This document shows, piece by piece, positions 26,822 through 36,545 of a DNA stretch of 43,721 nt. The DNA comes from Chloroflexota bacterium (lineage in GTDB: Bacteria > Chloroflexota > Anaerolineae > Anaerolineales > RBG-16-64-43). The stretch is taken from NCBI GenBank assembly GCA_026389925.1, contig JAPLGX010000184.1, forward strand, positions 1 to 43,721. The letters run 5' to 3'. The notes under the pieces were generated by a model that was given only the letters and a program-made list of their open reading frames with translations, searched no databases and was not told the origin of the DNA. The position numbers and the translations under genes were made by a program. Position 1 is the stretch's first letter. Every line of letters begins with the position of its first letter.

Positions 26822-27862
26822 TTACGGGGACGGGGCAACCGTTCCGCCCGGAGGAGTTGCCTCGCGCCCGACCTCGGCCTGCACCGAGGCCCACGAAAGG
26901 CTCTCGCGCGTCATGTACCACGCGCCAAGCAGCGTGATCGGCAGCCACAGCGCCGCGTGCAGCACCAGCGTATAGCCTGCGGCCAGCGCCTGCGGCACAC
27001 CGTACGCCACAAGCAACGCAATCCCCGGCGCGTCGAAGGTGCCCACGTACCCCGGCGCCGAAGGAATGGTGGTGGCCAGGTTGACGATGCCATTCATCAG
27101 CATGAGCGCGAAAAAACTGACCTTGAACGGGAAGGCGTGCATGACAAACCAGTATTTGCCCGTCTCGAGCAGCCACACGACGACCGAAGTGATGAACACC
27201 ATCAGCGCATCACGCGGGGAACGCAGCGAGGTCAGGCCGTCCAGAAAGCGGGCGGCGATCGGCTCCACGCGCGAGCGCCATGCCTGCGGCACGATTCGCG
27301 CAATAAACCACGCGACGACGCTCATCGTGCGGCGCGGGAACATCGCCGCCAGCAGGAAGACCAGCAGCACGCCCACAAAGGCCGCCGTCCCAATCAACGC
27401 CAACTGCTGAATGCTGCCGACGAAGCCGGACTCTGCCGTGAGCCGCGCCAGCTCGGGCAGGTTGACAAAGACGAACAGCAGCATCACCACGCCATCGAAC
27501 ACGCGCTCGACCAGGATCGTCGCAAAGGAAGCGGTGAAGGGGATGCCGTCTTTGCGGCGCAAGATGTACGCGCGCAGCACCTCGCCGGCCCGCGCCGGGT
27601 AGATGTTGTTGCCCATGTAGCCGATGGCGACGATTGGAAACAGGCGTTGCAGCGGCACCTTCTGGAGCGGGCGCAGGAGGAAGTGCCAGCGCCAGGTCCG
27701 CGCCCACACGGCAAGGAAATAGACCGCCACGCCGGGGATCAGCCACCAATAGTTGGCCGCTCGCACGACCAGCCACAGGTCGCCCAGGTGCAAGCCGCGC
27801 AATGCGAGGTACAGAAACCCCGCGCTGACCAGCACCCCGAACCAGAGTTGCCAGCGGCGCAT
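26822..27862 (-). CDS. UPF0104 / lysylphosphatidylglycerol-synthase-TM-region family membrane protein
   Basis: Has multiple TM helices. FPIVAIGYMGNNIYPARAGEVLRAYIL is the family's conserved motif. Start is ATG 27862 (MRRWQLWFGVL), with GTG 27880 as an alternative. Confidence 0.6.
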   Translation of the reverse strand: MRRWQLWFGVLVSAGFLYLALRGLHLGDLWLVVRAANYWWLIPGVAVYFLAVWARTWRWHFLLRPLQKVPLQRLFPIVAIGYMGNNIYPARAGEVLRAYILRRKDGIPFTASFATILVERVFDGVVMLLFVFVNLPELARLTAESGFVGSIQQLALIGTAAFVGVLLVFLLAAMFPRRTMSVVAWFIARIVPQAWRSRVEPIAARFLDGLTSLRSPRDALMVFITSVVVWLLETGKYWFVMHAFPFKVSFFALMLMNGIVNLATTIPSAPGYVGTFDAPGIALLVAYGVPQALAAGYTLVLHAALWLPITLLGAWYMTRESLSWASVQAEVGREATPPGGTVAPSP

Positions 27863-28107
27863 TTTCGTTTCACCCTTCACAAGATGCCGGAAGTATAACC
27901 TCGCGGCAAGCGATCTCCAATCGGCTGGCCCGGCAAGTCTCTCGGTACGTCAGACGATCTCAGCCGGGCACTCCGCCTCGTGGCTCGCCCACGGTCCTGC
28001 GACGCGCCGGCCGCCTGCACGCGTTGTCCGGGGTATCATGGGCGCATGGCGAGCATTACGCTCCCGACCGCGGGGCCGCCCGTGCAGCACCGAAGGAGAG
28101 CCCATCC

Positions 28108-28508
28108 ATGACCTTCCTGCTCGATCTCCTCTCCATCTTGCGTTGGGTCCTGGTCGCCGTTGCAGCGGCCTCCATCGTCCGCTACCTTCCGGCCCGGCAG
28201 CGAAGCGCCGAATTCGGACGCGTGGATCGCGCGCTGGCCTCGACCTTCAGCGGCCTGATGGACGCACAGGTCCTCGTGGGCGTCATTTTCCTTGTGTGGA
28301 ATGGATTGGCCGGCGCCGGCTATCCCGCTCTACCGGCTGGAGCACGGTCTAACTATGTTCCTGGCGGCCATCGTCGCCCATCTGCCCATGCGCCTGGGGG
28401 ACTGCCCCGTCGGCGTTGCGCTTCCGCAACTCGCTGCTGGCGGTGGTCGGGTCACTGACCCTTGTGGTTCTGGGGGTCTTCATCCTGCCCGGCGGCTGGA
28501 CTAGGTGA
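28108..28508 (+). pseudogene. Small multi-TM membrane protein read through three frames (two +1 shifts)
   Basis: Frame 1 reads MTFLLDLLSILRWVLVAVAAASIV..VLVGVIFLVWNGLAGAGYP. Frame 2 reads LYRLEHGLTMFLAAIVAHLPMRLGD. Frame 3 reads RFRNSLLAVVGSLTLVVLGVFILPGGWTR* (TGA 28506-28508). GGAGAG is the RBS before ATG 28108. Confidence 0.5.
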
Positions 28509-28574
28509 GTATGACTAACAGTCCCGGGTTGGAGAGCGGTGGACGGAGACGGGCCGGGTGAGATTCGGGTCCTC

Positions 28575-29165
28575 ATGCGCAAGCAGACTCAGACACGCCT
28601 CCTGGTGGCCTCGGTCAATCCCGGCAAAATGCGCGAGTATCGCGAGTTGCTCGCCGCGCTGCCTGCACACCTGGTCTTCCCTGCCGACCTCGGCCTGCGT
28701 CTCACTGTTCCAGAGGACGCGCCAACCTATCGCGGAAACGCGCGGGCCAAAGCGTTGGCCTTCTCAAAGGCATCGGGCCTGCTCACCCTTGCAGACGACT
28801 CGGGATTGGAGGTGGATACGCTAGGCGGCGAGCCGGGCGTTCACTCGTCGCGCTACGCCGGCGAGGGTGCGGACGATGCCCGCCGGCGCGCGTACTTGCG
28901 CGAGAGGCTAAGCAGAACGGCGCCCCCTCGCCCGGCGCGCTTTCGCTGTTGGGTGGCGCTATCTCACCCGGGTGGCTCCATACAGTACGCCGAAGGCGTG
29001 TGCGAGGGTGAGATACTTCTCGAGGAGCGCGGAGCGAATGGCTTCGGGTACGACCCGCTCTTCCTGGTGCGAGGCCGCGGGCTGACCCTGGCCGAGCTGG
29101 CTCCGGAGGAAAAGAATCGCCTGAGCCATCGTGCCCGCGCGGTTCAGGCTATCTGCATCAGGGAG
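28575..29165 (+). CDS. rdgB: RdgB/HAM1 non-canonical purine NTP pyrophosphatase; native 3' end and stop not identifiable
   Basis: RLLVASVNPGKMREY..ADDSGLEVDTLGGEPGVHSSRY..GFGYDPLF..EEKNRLSHRARA. The frame stays open to 30647, running antisense through two other genes. The 3' coordinate is therefore an estimate. Confidence 0.75.
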
Positions 29166-29822
29166 ATGGCCAGCCAGGTAGCGCGCGTACTTCTCCGGCG
29201 TCAGCCGGTCTTCGCTTCCGCACACGACGAGCACCGGCAGCAGGATCTCCCTCAACCGGGCCATCACGTCGAACCTATCACAAGCGACGAAGTCGTTGTG
29301 CAAGACCGTCGCGCGTGTTTCCCGCAGGCTGCGCGCGGACAGCTCGCGCAGGGCGCGCGCCGAGCCGGCGGAGTACGACCACTCCACGATGACCTGGATC
29401 GCCTGGGCCATCGTCTCCTCGCTCATCGTGCCTTGCAGGATGGCCTCGGCGACCCGCAGGCGCGCGCCGCTGCTGATCAGCACCAGGCCCGAGAGCGCCG
29501 AGGGCACATCCAGCGCCGCCTGCAGGGCGATGGCCCCGCCCATCGAGTGCCCAACAAGCACCGGTCGCTGCACCCAGGCATCCCTCATCCACTCCAGCAG
29601 GCACTCGGCGTAGGCCGCGACGCTCTGGCGCCCCACGCCCTCCGATTTGCCGTGCCCCGGCAGATCGAGGGCGGACACATCGGTGATGCTCAGACGGCGC
29701 AGCTCGCGCGGCCAGTGCAGGTGCGAACCGCCCGCCCCATGAATGAGAACCAGCGGGGGCGTGCCCTCGCTACCGGATGCCCGGGGAGAGTGGGCGTAGT
29801 AGATATCTTGTGCGAAGGGCAT
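28959..29822 (-). CDS. Alpha/beta-hydrolase-fold protein; the C-terminal ~60 codons run antisense into rdgB
   Basis: Has the HGAGGS oxyanion region, the GHSMGG nucleophile elbow, and VVCGSEDRLTP as the acid residue region. After LAGHLPDAD the sequence is the antisense of conserved rdgB codons, and no AGH-type catalytic His motif is present (it reads AGT). Start is ATG 29822 or GTG 29849. Confidence 0.65.
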   Translation of the reverse strand: MPFAQDIYYAHSPRASGSEGTPPLVLIHGAGGSHLHWPRELRRLSITDVSALDLPGHGKSEGVGRQSVAAYAECLLEWMRDAWVQRPVLVGHSMGGAIALQAALDVPSALSGLVLISSGARLRVAEAILQGTMSEETMAQAIQVIVEWSYSAGSARALRELSARSLRETRATVLHNDFVACDRFDVMARLREILLPVLVVCGSEDRLTPEKYARYLAGHLPDADSLNRAGTMAQAILFLRSQLGQGQPAASHQEERVVPEAIRSALLEKYLTLAHAFGVLYGATRVR

Positions 29823-29870
29823 GCGTGCCCGTCCTGCCGGCACTGTCACCGTGGGCCGGCCACGAAAACG

Positions 29871-30506
29871 CTAGCCGCGCGGCGCGCGAGGCGCATCAGC
29901 CGGTTGACCTTGCCTCAGGCGCCACAGTGCACGACCTGCCGGCGCGGCCAGGCGAGCCAGGACGTTGAGCCAGAGGTTGTGCGCGACTCCAAACATAGCG
30001 GCCGAAGTCAGCGAGCGCACAAGCCATGGCCCGTCGTCTCGAACCAGTCGCAGCTTACCGGTCTCGCTTGCTCGCATGAGCGCGCGCTCAACCAGGGATA
30101 CCCCAAACCCCGCCAGCAGGCCGACAACGAGCGACCCGCTCCAGCCCCACGCAAGCGCACGGTAGAGCGCCCAGCGTACCTCGTCGAGCGCAGTCTGCGT
30201 GGCCTCCGGCCAGGTCTGCGCCTGGCGAAGCGTCCAACCGAGAGCCGCTACGCCGCCCGCCAGCAGCAAGCCGAATACCCAATCGAGCAGGCTGTGCCCG
30301 CGCAGGCCCATATCCCGCGCGGCGACGGCGCCGAGCATGAGCGCCAGATACGGCAGCCCGAGGTTGCGCAACCACGGGCTCAAGCCAGCTGCCCATTGTG
30401 CGCGCCCTGCGAAGCTCGCCGGGATCAGCCGCGCCGCGGCCAGTTCAAAGACCGGCCAGCTAAGCGCGAGTGCGCAAATGAGAAGCGCGGGTCCAAAGAC
30501 CGACAT
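29871..30506 (-). CDS. Integral membrane protein, unknown function
   Basis: About five hydrophobic segments (ALLICALALSWPVF, LGLPYLALMLGAVAA, WVFGLLLAGGVAALGW, LVVGLLAGFGVSLV, AAMFGVAHNLWLNVLA). I could not assign a reliable family. Confidence 0.45.
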   Translation of the reverse strand: MSVFGPALLICALALSWPVFELAAARLIPASFAGRAQWAAGLSPWLRNLGLPYLALMLGAVAARDMGLRGHSLLDWVFGLLLAGGVAALGWTLRQAQTWPEATQTALDEVRWALYRALAWGWSGSLVVGLLAGFGVSLVERALMRASETGKLRLVRDDGPWLVRSLTSAAMFGVAHNLWLNVLARLAAPAGRALWRLRQGQPADAPRAPRG

Positions 30507-30590
30507 GGGCTAAGCGTACCAGAGAATGGCATGCACGTGCTGCGCGGCCTGGTCGCGCCGCGTTTCTCTAGATGGTTGTGCGCTCTCTCT

Positions 30591-30745
30591 GTCATTGCGA
30601 GGAGGGCGCTGCCCGACGAGGCAATCCTGGAGTGCGCTAGCAGCTAAGCGTCAAGAGCAAGAGGCGTAGCCGTTGTGGCCGTCCAGATTGCCACGCCCTG
30701 CAGGGCGGGGGCTCGCCCCTCAAGAGCACTGGGGCGGGCAATGAC
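30591..30745. repeat. MITE-like element, copy B (GTCATTGC ... GCAATGAC)
   Basis: The 8-bp termini are exact reverse complements. The interior aligns with copy A at 26665..26815. Confidence 0.65.
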
Positions 30746-30783
30746 AGACGCATCTGCCGTTGGTCGCCCCATCATCCCCCTCT

Positions 30784-30822
30784 GTCATTGCGAGCTAGGC
30801 ACCGCACGGCGATAGCCTCAAG
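30784..30822. repeat. Partial third copy (5' arm only) of the same element
   Basis: CTCTGTCATTGCGAG recurs at 30780-30794, the same as 30587-30601. The rest is degenerate. Confidence 0.4.
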
Positions 30823-31578
30823 CCCTATCCTCAAACGGCGTCAGCACCTCACCGATCGCCGCAGCCCGTTCGGCCTCGTTCAGATACGGGATCGGCCTGC
30901 TCAATCGCTCGGCGCGCAGGATCGGGTCCTCGCCCTGGCGAGCCGCGCGCCCGGCCTCACCCAGAACCTCGCGCACCCTTGCCTCGGGGAAGAACTCGAT
31001 CAGGTCGGCCAACAGCGCGGCCCGAACCGCGGGGTCGCTGACGGCTCGCGCCGCGGCAAGCGCCTCGCCGGCGGCGTGTGCGCGTAATTCCTCCGGCATC
31101 TCCGCCAACAATCCGGTCAGTGTTTCCGCTCGTTCGAACGGCTGGGCCAAGCTGCACGCCTCGGCCAATGCTTCCTCACGCAGCGCCGGTTCCCAATCGG
31201 GCAGCGCATGCCCCAGGTCGGCCAGCGCCAGCGCACCTGGCGCGCTCGAGCGCCGGCCGCGGCAGGTGCTCCGCGAGGGAAGCCCACAACGATTGGCGCA
31301 GCCACTCATCACGGATCGACTCCACCTGTGCCAGCAGCCGCTCCAACTCCTCGGGGGGTAGATCCCCGGCAAAGGTGCGCAGCGCGGAGGCGCGCCAGCG
31401 TTTCGCGCAGCGCCGTCGGCACAAGCGCACGCACTCTGCGCCACGGGTCGCCAATCCCGCGCGCGGCGCACGCAACCCGCAGCGCACGAGACGCGACGAC
31501 AGCATCCATATGTGCAACCATCGGATTGAGCGCCCGCGCGAAGGCGAACTCGTCAGCCGGTTGCGATGAAGCGGGCAT
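30818..31578 (-). pseudogene. Helical (HEAT-like) repeat protein read through three frames
   Basis: The same repeat flavour (A.AAR.I.DP..R..AL..L...LP) occurs in three frames. MPASS..ACAARGIGDPWRRVRALVPTALRETLARL is in the frame of 31309..31578. FAGDLPPEELERLLAQVESIRDEWLRQSLWASLAEHLP is in the frame of 31176..31673. LADLGHALPDWEPALREEALAEA..AAARAVSDPAVRAALLADLIEFFP..* is in the frame of 30818..31471. Confidence 0.55.
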
Positions 31579-31602
31579 GCTGTCGGATCTCCCTCCTGCG
31601 AT

Positions 31603-32203
31603 TCACCGAGGCGAGGGTCTGCCTTGCCCGATGTACCTCGCGACATGTTCGCAGTAGCGGCGGGAGCCTTCACCGAACGCGCGCTGCAGATGTTCTTCCT
31701 CGGTCAACACCATGGGATGAAACATCACCGGCGACAACACGGCCCAACCCAGCGCGTACCACGACGGCCACAGCCATGCGACACCCACAACCATCAACAT
31801 TCCGCCTACGATCTGCGGGTTGCGCGAGAGCGAGTATGGCCCCGATTGCAGCAGGCCACCCACCTGCCGGCCAAACGAACGCCGCAGCCCGAGCCAGGCC
31901 ATCGAGCCGAAGCCGATGAGCGCGCCGAGCGCCGTGAGCCCGTAGCCGATGCCCGCCGCGGCCGCGGGCGCCCACGGCCGACAACTCCACACGTACGGCC
32001 AGCACGGCGGGTTGTAGATGTAGGGTATCGCTGCGTACACCAGCCACACGATGAGTTGGAGGACGCTCGGCAGGCGTGATAGCTTGCCCTTCTCCATATA
32101 CTCGTGCCGCGTGCGTGCGAACGCGGAAGAGCACATAGGATGTCACCCCGAGCGCTGCCGTCGAGAGCAGGTAGAGCCAGGGCGCCGACATGCGAACCTC
32201 CAT
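31603..32203 (-). pseudogene. Isoprenylcysteine carboxyl / phospholipid methyltransferase (ICMT/PEMT) family membrane protein with a probable N-terminal frameshift
   Basis: GPYSLSRNPQIVGGMLMVVG..LTEEEHLQRAFGEGSRRYCEHVARYI is the ICMT-family C-terminal signature. A first TM helix, M(EVRM)SAPWLYLLSTAALGVTSYVLF, lies in another frame just upstream of SAFARTRHEYMEKGKLS. Confidence 0.6.
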
Positions 32204-32325
32204 GATGAGCACGTCTCTCTGCCGCCTCACCCGCCGATTGGTGCCGCGCACGTCACATCGGCAAGTACGCCTGCGCCCCCACCCCCAACCTCGTGAGCGC
32301 CGGCAACCACCACCGGTGGGGGCCG

Positions 32326-32363
32326 TGCTATAATAAAGAGCACACCCCGCCACGCTGGCGGGG
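32326..32363 (+). promoter_or_regulatory. Extended -10 promoter (TGcTATAAT) and 5' stem-loop upstream of smc
   Basis: TG is at 32326-32327 and TATAAT at 32329-32334. The hairpin is CCCCGCCA-cgc-TGGCGGGG at 32345-32363. smc ATG is at 32391. Confidence 0.4.
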
Positions 32364-32390
32364 CGTTGCGTGCCCCGCGGCGCGCATCCT

Positions 32391-35300
32391 ATGACCCGAC
32401 TGAAGTCTCTCGAACTCCACGGCTACAAGACCTTCGCCTCGAAGACCCACTTCGAGTTCGCCGAAGGCATCACCACCATCGTCGGCCCCAACGGCAGCGG
32501 GAAATCCAACATCGCCGATGCCATCCGCTGGGTGCTGGGCGAGCAATCCTACAGCCTGCTGCGCGGCAAGAAGACCGAGGACATGATCTTCGCCGGCTCC
32601 GAGCAACGGCCACGCGCCGGCATGGCCTCCGCCACGATCACCTTCGACAACGGCGACGGCGGGCTGCCGATCGACTACACCGAAGTGGCCATTGCGCGTC
32701 ACGCCTACCGCGACGGGGGCAACGAGTACCTGCTCAACGACCAGCACGTGCGCCTGAAAGATATCGAAGAGCTCCTGGCGCAGACGGGCCTGGCGGAGCG
32801 CACCTACACTGTCATCGGCCAAGGGCTGGTGGACGTGGCCCTCGCGCTCAAGCCTGAGGAGCGGCGCCGCCTGTTTGAGGAGGCCGCGGGCATCGGTCTG
32901 TATCGCGCACGCCGCGAAGACGCATTGCGCCGCCTGGAAGCCACCCAGCACAACCTGGAACGCGTACAGGATATTCTGGCCGAGCTGCAGCCGCGCGTGC
33001 GATCGCTCGAACGCCAGGCCAAGCGCGCGTCGGAATTCGACACCATCCGCCAGGAACTCAAGGACGTGCTGCGCGTCTGGTACGGATTCCACTGGCACCG
33101 CAGCCAGGCGGAGATGGCCCAGGCCCACGTGCAGGCTCAGGCGGCGGCGAAGACTCTCGACGATTTGCGTTCGCAGCAAGAAGTAAGCGATACCAGCCTG
33201 ATCGACCTGCGCGCCAAGCTTGCCGCACTGCGCGCGCAGCTCAACGCGTGGCACCGCCAGGCGGCCCAATTGCACCAGGAGCGCGAAACACACGGCCGCA
33301 GCCTGGCCGCGAGCGAGGAGCACGCGCGCTCGCTGGAGCGCTCGCGCGAAGAAACGCAGGCGCTGCTCAGCACAGCCGAGGCCGACGTGGCGGCACTCGA
33401 ACAGCGCGCACGCCTCGGGCAGGAAGACATGGTGCGCTTCCAGGTGGAGGCCGCCGACTTGCAGCAGCAACTGAGCGCCGCAGAGGCCACACGCGCCGCG
33501 CGCGAGACCGAGCGCCGCGAGCGGGCCGCCAAGGCCGAAGCCCAGCGCCAGCACGTGCTCGACCTGGAGGCTGGAAGCGCGCGCCAGTCGGCGGCCCTGG
33601 GCGAGTTGAACGACCGCCTGCAACGATTGGCTGCCACGGCCGAGGCCACGCGTAGCGAACAAGGCCAGGTGGAGAAGAATATCGAGCACGCCGCGGCGCA
33701 GCGCGAGGCCGTGCATGCCGCGCAGCGGCAGGCCAGCGAACGGCTGGCCGAAGCGCGGCGTGCATTGCAGGCGCTGGTAAGCGAACTCGAAGGGCAGCGC
33801 GTGGCGCTCGCCGCCGCGCGCGAAAGGACCGCGGCGCGCGTTTCGGCCGAAGAGCAGCTTGCGGCGCGGGCCGCGGGGTTGGCGCACGATGAACGCGAAG
33901 GGCTGGGCTACTCGAGCGGCGTGCGCACCGTGATGGCCGCAGGTCAGCGCGGCCTGGTGCAGGGGCGGTTGCAGGCGTTGGGCGCCGTGCTCGAGATCCC
34001 GGCGGAATACGAGGTGGCCGTGACGGCCGCCCTCGGCGATCTGTTCGATGCGATACTAGTTGACGATGCCGCCGCTGTGGACACGCTGTTGGAGGTGTTG
34101 GGCCAAAGGGACAGCGGGCGCGCGGCTCTCTTGCCGCTGGGCGATCTGACCCCGCTCGAACCGCTGGCCGTGCCGGCCGGCGAGGACGTCATCGGCCTGG
34201 CCGCCCGCCACGTGAGCGGGCCGCCGGCCTACCGCCCGGCGATTGACGTGTTGCTCGGCCAGACCGTCCTGGTTCGGTCACGAGGCGCGGCGCGCCGGGT
34301 GGCGCGCTCCTTGCCACCCCACGCGCGCGCGGTCACGCTCGCGGGCGAGGTGTTTCACCCGGCGGGAGCGGTGGTAGCCGGGCGCGGCGAGCCGCCCTCT
34401 TCCTTGACGCGCGCGCGCGAGCGGCGCGAGATCGAGGCGCGCACGCGCGCCGCGCACGGCCAGCGCGAGCAGGCCCAGGCGGAAGTCGCCGCTGCCGAAG
34501 CGCGCCTGGCCGAATTAACCGCCGGCGAAACCGCGCAACGCGGTGAGCTCGCCCGTTTGGAGCAGGCCGAGGCGGCCGCCCGCCAGGCGGCCGAGGCCGC
34601 GCGCGCCACGCTGGCCCAACTCGAGGCGGAACGGGAATGGAAGGCGCGCCGCAGCGGTGAAGCGAACGATGAATTGGAGCGCGCGCGCGCCGCACACGCC
34701 GAAGCCGAACGCGCCGTCGAGACGCTGCGCGGCCAGGTGGAACACGAGAAGAGCCTGCTGACATCGGGCGCGCTGCGCCTGGAAGACACGGTGCGGGTGG
34801 ACCTGGGCGAGGATCCCGCCCAGTGGTCGACGCGCCTGGCGCTCATCGAACACTCCGGGCGCGAGGCACAATCACGCGTGGCCGACAGCCAGAGCATGCT
34901 TTCCCGTGCGCGCCAGGCGCTCGCGGAGCGGCGCGCCCGGCTGCGCGCCGTCGACGAGGAACGGCAAACGCTCGAGCGCAGCCTGGCTGACCTGCGCGAA
35001 CGCGAAGGCCAGCTTTCCAAGACGATCGATGAAACGCAGGCCTTGATCACACCAGCCGAAACGCAGCTCGACGCGAACGAGGCCGACCTCAACCGGCTGG
35101 AGCAGACCGAGGCTGAGGTGCGCTCGCACCTGCATTCGAGCGAGCACGCCTACACCCAGGCGCAGGTGGACCTGGCGCGCCGTCAGGAAGAACTGGAAGG
35201 CCTGCGCCGGCGCATCGAGGACGACTTCGGGTTGGTGGAATTCGAATACGCCAGCGAGGTCACCGGCCCCACGCCCTTGCCGATCTCCGAGCTGGTGCAG

Positions 35301-35984
35301 AAGCTGCCGCACGTGGAAGAGCTTCCCGGCGAGGTGGAAGATCTAGTGACCCGGCGCCGGGCGCAGATGCGGCGCATGGGCGCGGTCAACCCCGAGGCGC
35401 CCCAGGAATATCGCGAGGTAAAGGAGCGCTACGAATTCCTCACCGAACAGGTGGCCGACCTCTTGCAGGCGCAGACCCAGCTGCGCCAAGTGATTGGCGA
35501 GCTTGACCAGATGATGCAGGACTCCTTCCGCAAGACATTCGATGCGGTGGCAATCGAGTTCCCCAAGACCTTCAGCCAACTCTTCGGCGGCGGCTCGGCC
35601 AAATTGCAGCTGACCGACCCGGACAACCTGAACGAGACCGGCATCGAGATACAGGCCCGCCTGCCCGGGCGGCGGGCGCAGCCGCTGGCGCTGCTCTCGG
35701 GCGGCGAACGCAGCCTGACCGCGGTGGCACTGGTCTTTGCCTTGTTGCGCGTGGCGCCCACGCCCTTCTGCGTGCTCGACGAGGTGGATGCGATGCTCGA
35801 CGAATCGAATGTCGGCCGCTTCCGCGACATGCTCGCCGAACTCAGCCGCAACACGCAGTTCGTAGTCATCACCCACAACCGCAATACCGTCCAGGCCTCA
35901 CAGGTCATCTACGGCATCAGCATGGGTCCGGATTCCGCCAGCCAGGTAATCAGCCTGCGGCTGGATGAATTCGTCGCGCGATGA
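32391..35984 (+). CDS. smc: Chromosome segregation protein SMC
   Basis: Has [40 protein letters not shown] (Walker A), long coiled-coil arms, a hinge ([25 protein letters not shown]), the signature [14 protein letters not shown], and Walker [13 protein letters not shown]. Confidence 0.95.
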   Translation: MTRLKSLELHGYKTFASKTHFEFAEGITTIVGPNGSGKSNIADAIRWVLGEQSYSLLRGKKTEDMIFAGSEQRPRAGMASATITFDNGDGGLPIDYTEVAIARHAYRDGGNEYLLNDQHVRLKDIEELLAQTGLAERTYTVIGQGLVDVALALKPEERRRLFEEAAGIGLYRARREDALRRLEATQHNLERVQDILAELQPRVRSLERQAKRASEFDTIRQELKDVLRVWYGFHWHRSQAEMAQAHVQAQAAAKTLDDLRSQQEVSDTSLIDLRAKLAALRAQLNAWHRQAAQLHQERETHGRSLAASEEHARSLERSREETQALLSTAEADVAALEQRARLGQEDMVRFQVEAADLQQQLSAAEATRAARETERRERAAKAEAQRQHVLDLEAGSARQSAALGELNDRLQRLAATAEATRSEQGQVEKNIEHAAAQREAVHAAQRQASERLAEARRALQALVSELEGQRVALAAARERTAARVSAEEQLAARAAGLAHDEREGLGYSSGVRTVMAAGQRGLVQGRLQALGAVLEIPAEYEVAVTAALGDLFDAILVDDAAAVDTLLEVLGQRDSGRAALLPLGDLTPLEPLAVPAGEDVIGLAARHVSGPPAYRPAIDVLLGQTVLVRSRGAARRVARSLPPHARAVTLAGEVFHPAGAVVAGRGEPPSSLTRARERREIEARTRAAHGQREQAQAEVAAAEARLAELTAGETAQRGELARLEQAEAAARQAAEAARATLAQLEAEREWKARRSGEANDELERARAAHAEAERAVETLRGQVEHEKSLLTSGALRLEDTVRVDLGEDPAQWSTRLALIEHSGREAQSRVADSQSMLSRARQALAERRARLRAVDEERQTLERSLADLREREGQLSKTIDETQALITPAETQLDANEADLNRLEQTEAEVRSHLHSSEHAYTQAQVDLARRQEELEGLRRRIEDDFGLVEFEYASEVTGPTPLPISELVQKLPHVEELPGEVEDLVTRRRAQMRRMGAVNPEAPQEYREVKERYEFLTEQVADLLQAQTQLRQVIGELDQMMQDSFRKTFDAVAIEFPKTFSQLFGGGSAKLQLTDPDNLNETGIEIQARLPGRRAQPLALLSGGERSLTAVALVFALLRVAPTPFCVLDEVDAMLDESNVGRFRDMLAELSRNTQFVVITHNRNTVQASQVIYGISMGPDSASQVISLRLDEFVAR

Positions 35985-35991
35985 GAAGCGC

Positions 35992-36345
35992 ATGAGCGCC
36001 CCTCGCCCGCAGGAAATCACTCTCGACCGCACGCGGCGCGTGCTGGTGGTGCGCTGGCAGGATGGTCACCTGAGCCAATACGGCTGGCGCGGGCTACGCG
36101 CTTCGTGCCCATGCGCCGCGTGCGCCGGCGGCGATGAGAACATGGGCCGGCCCCCCGACCCGCGCGAGTTCTTCCAGCCCGACCAACCCGGCCCGCGCAA
36201 CACGCTGAACGAGGTCGGTCTGGTCGGCAACTACGCGCTCACGCTCACCTGGGGCGACGGGCACCACGCCGGCATCTTCAACTGGGCGTTTCTACGCGGC
36301 TTGTGCCCGTGCCCGCAGTGCTTCCCCGCCCAGTCGGCCGCCTGA
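35992..36345 (+). CDS. DUF971-like (gamma-butyrobetaine hydroxylase N-terminal-like) small Cys-rich protein
   Basis: VLVVRWQDGHLSQYGWRGLRASCPCAAC..GNYALTLTWGDGHHAGIFNWAFLRGLCPCPQC. Confidence 0.6.
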   Translation: MSAPRPQEITLDRTRRVLVVRWQDGHLSQYGWRGLRASCPCAACAGGDENMGRPPDPREFFQPDQPGPRNTLNEVGLVGNYALTLTWGDGHHAGIFNWAFLRGLCPCPQCFPAQSAA

Positions 36346-36518
36346 CAACTACACGCAACCACAACAACTCACTCAGAGCGCGCGTTGCGCGCTTGCCGGA
36401 TCTTTCGCGCAGGTGCGCTATGTAGCGCGCCTCCCAAGGCTGCAGGCGTGTGAAGGTTGGTCCGGCACGAAGACTGACCCGACCGACATTCTTCCCACGA
36501 AGATTCGGTTCGTGCGCG

Positions 36519-36531
36519 TGATACAATCGCG
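36519..36531 (+). promoter_or_regulatory. Candidate extended -10 (TGaTACAAT) upstream of uvrC
   Basis: TGATACAATCGCG is identical over 13 nt to 25870-25882. ATG 36546 lies 18 nt after the hexamer. Confidence 0.35.
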
Positions 36532-36545
36532 CCGAGTAACACGGC

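Noticed and set aside
28539-30647. A 702-aa ORF, the longest apparent novel protein in this part of the window.
   Set aside because: Only the first ~195 codons (rdgB) look like protein. The rest is Arg/Gln/Ala/Pro-rich antisense of two minus-strand genes, so it is a high-GC run-on caused by the missing rdgB stop.
29871-32203. A bacterial CAAX-type processing pair, meaning a CPBP-like protease at 29871..30506 plus an ICMT-like methyltransferase at 31603..32203, acting on a neighbouring substrate.
   Set aside because: The CPBP assignment is weak. The protein has DEVRW instead of EExxFRG, only an FGVAH motif, and no distal His-x3-Asn. No nearby protein ends in a Cys-aaX box. The methyltransferase itself appears frameshifted.
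32328-33887. Long ORFs overlapping known genes: 32328..33887(-) antisense to smc, 9579..11063(+), 16519..18180(+), 7561..8580(+), 20640..21731(+), 40300..41175(-) and 25214..26524(-).
   Set aside because: They all overlap genes with strong family signatures and have low-complexity R/A/G/P-rich translations typical of stop-poor off-frames in GC-rich DNA. None has a recognisable motif.
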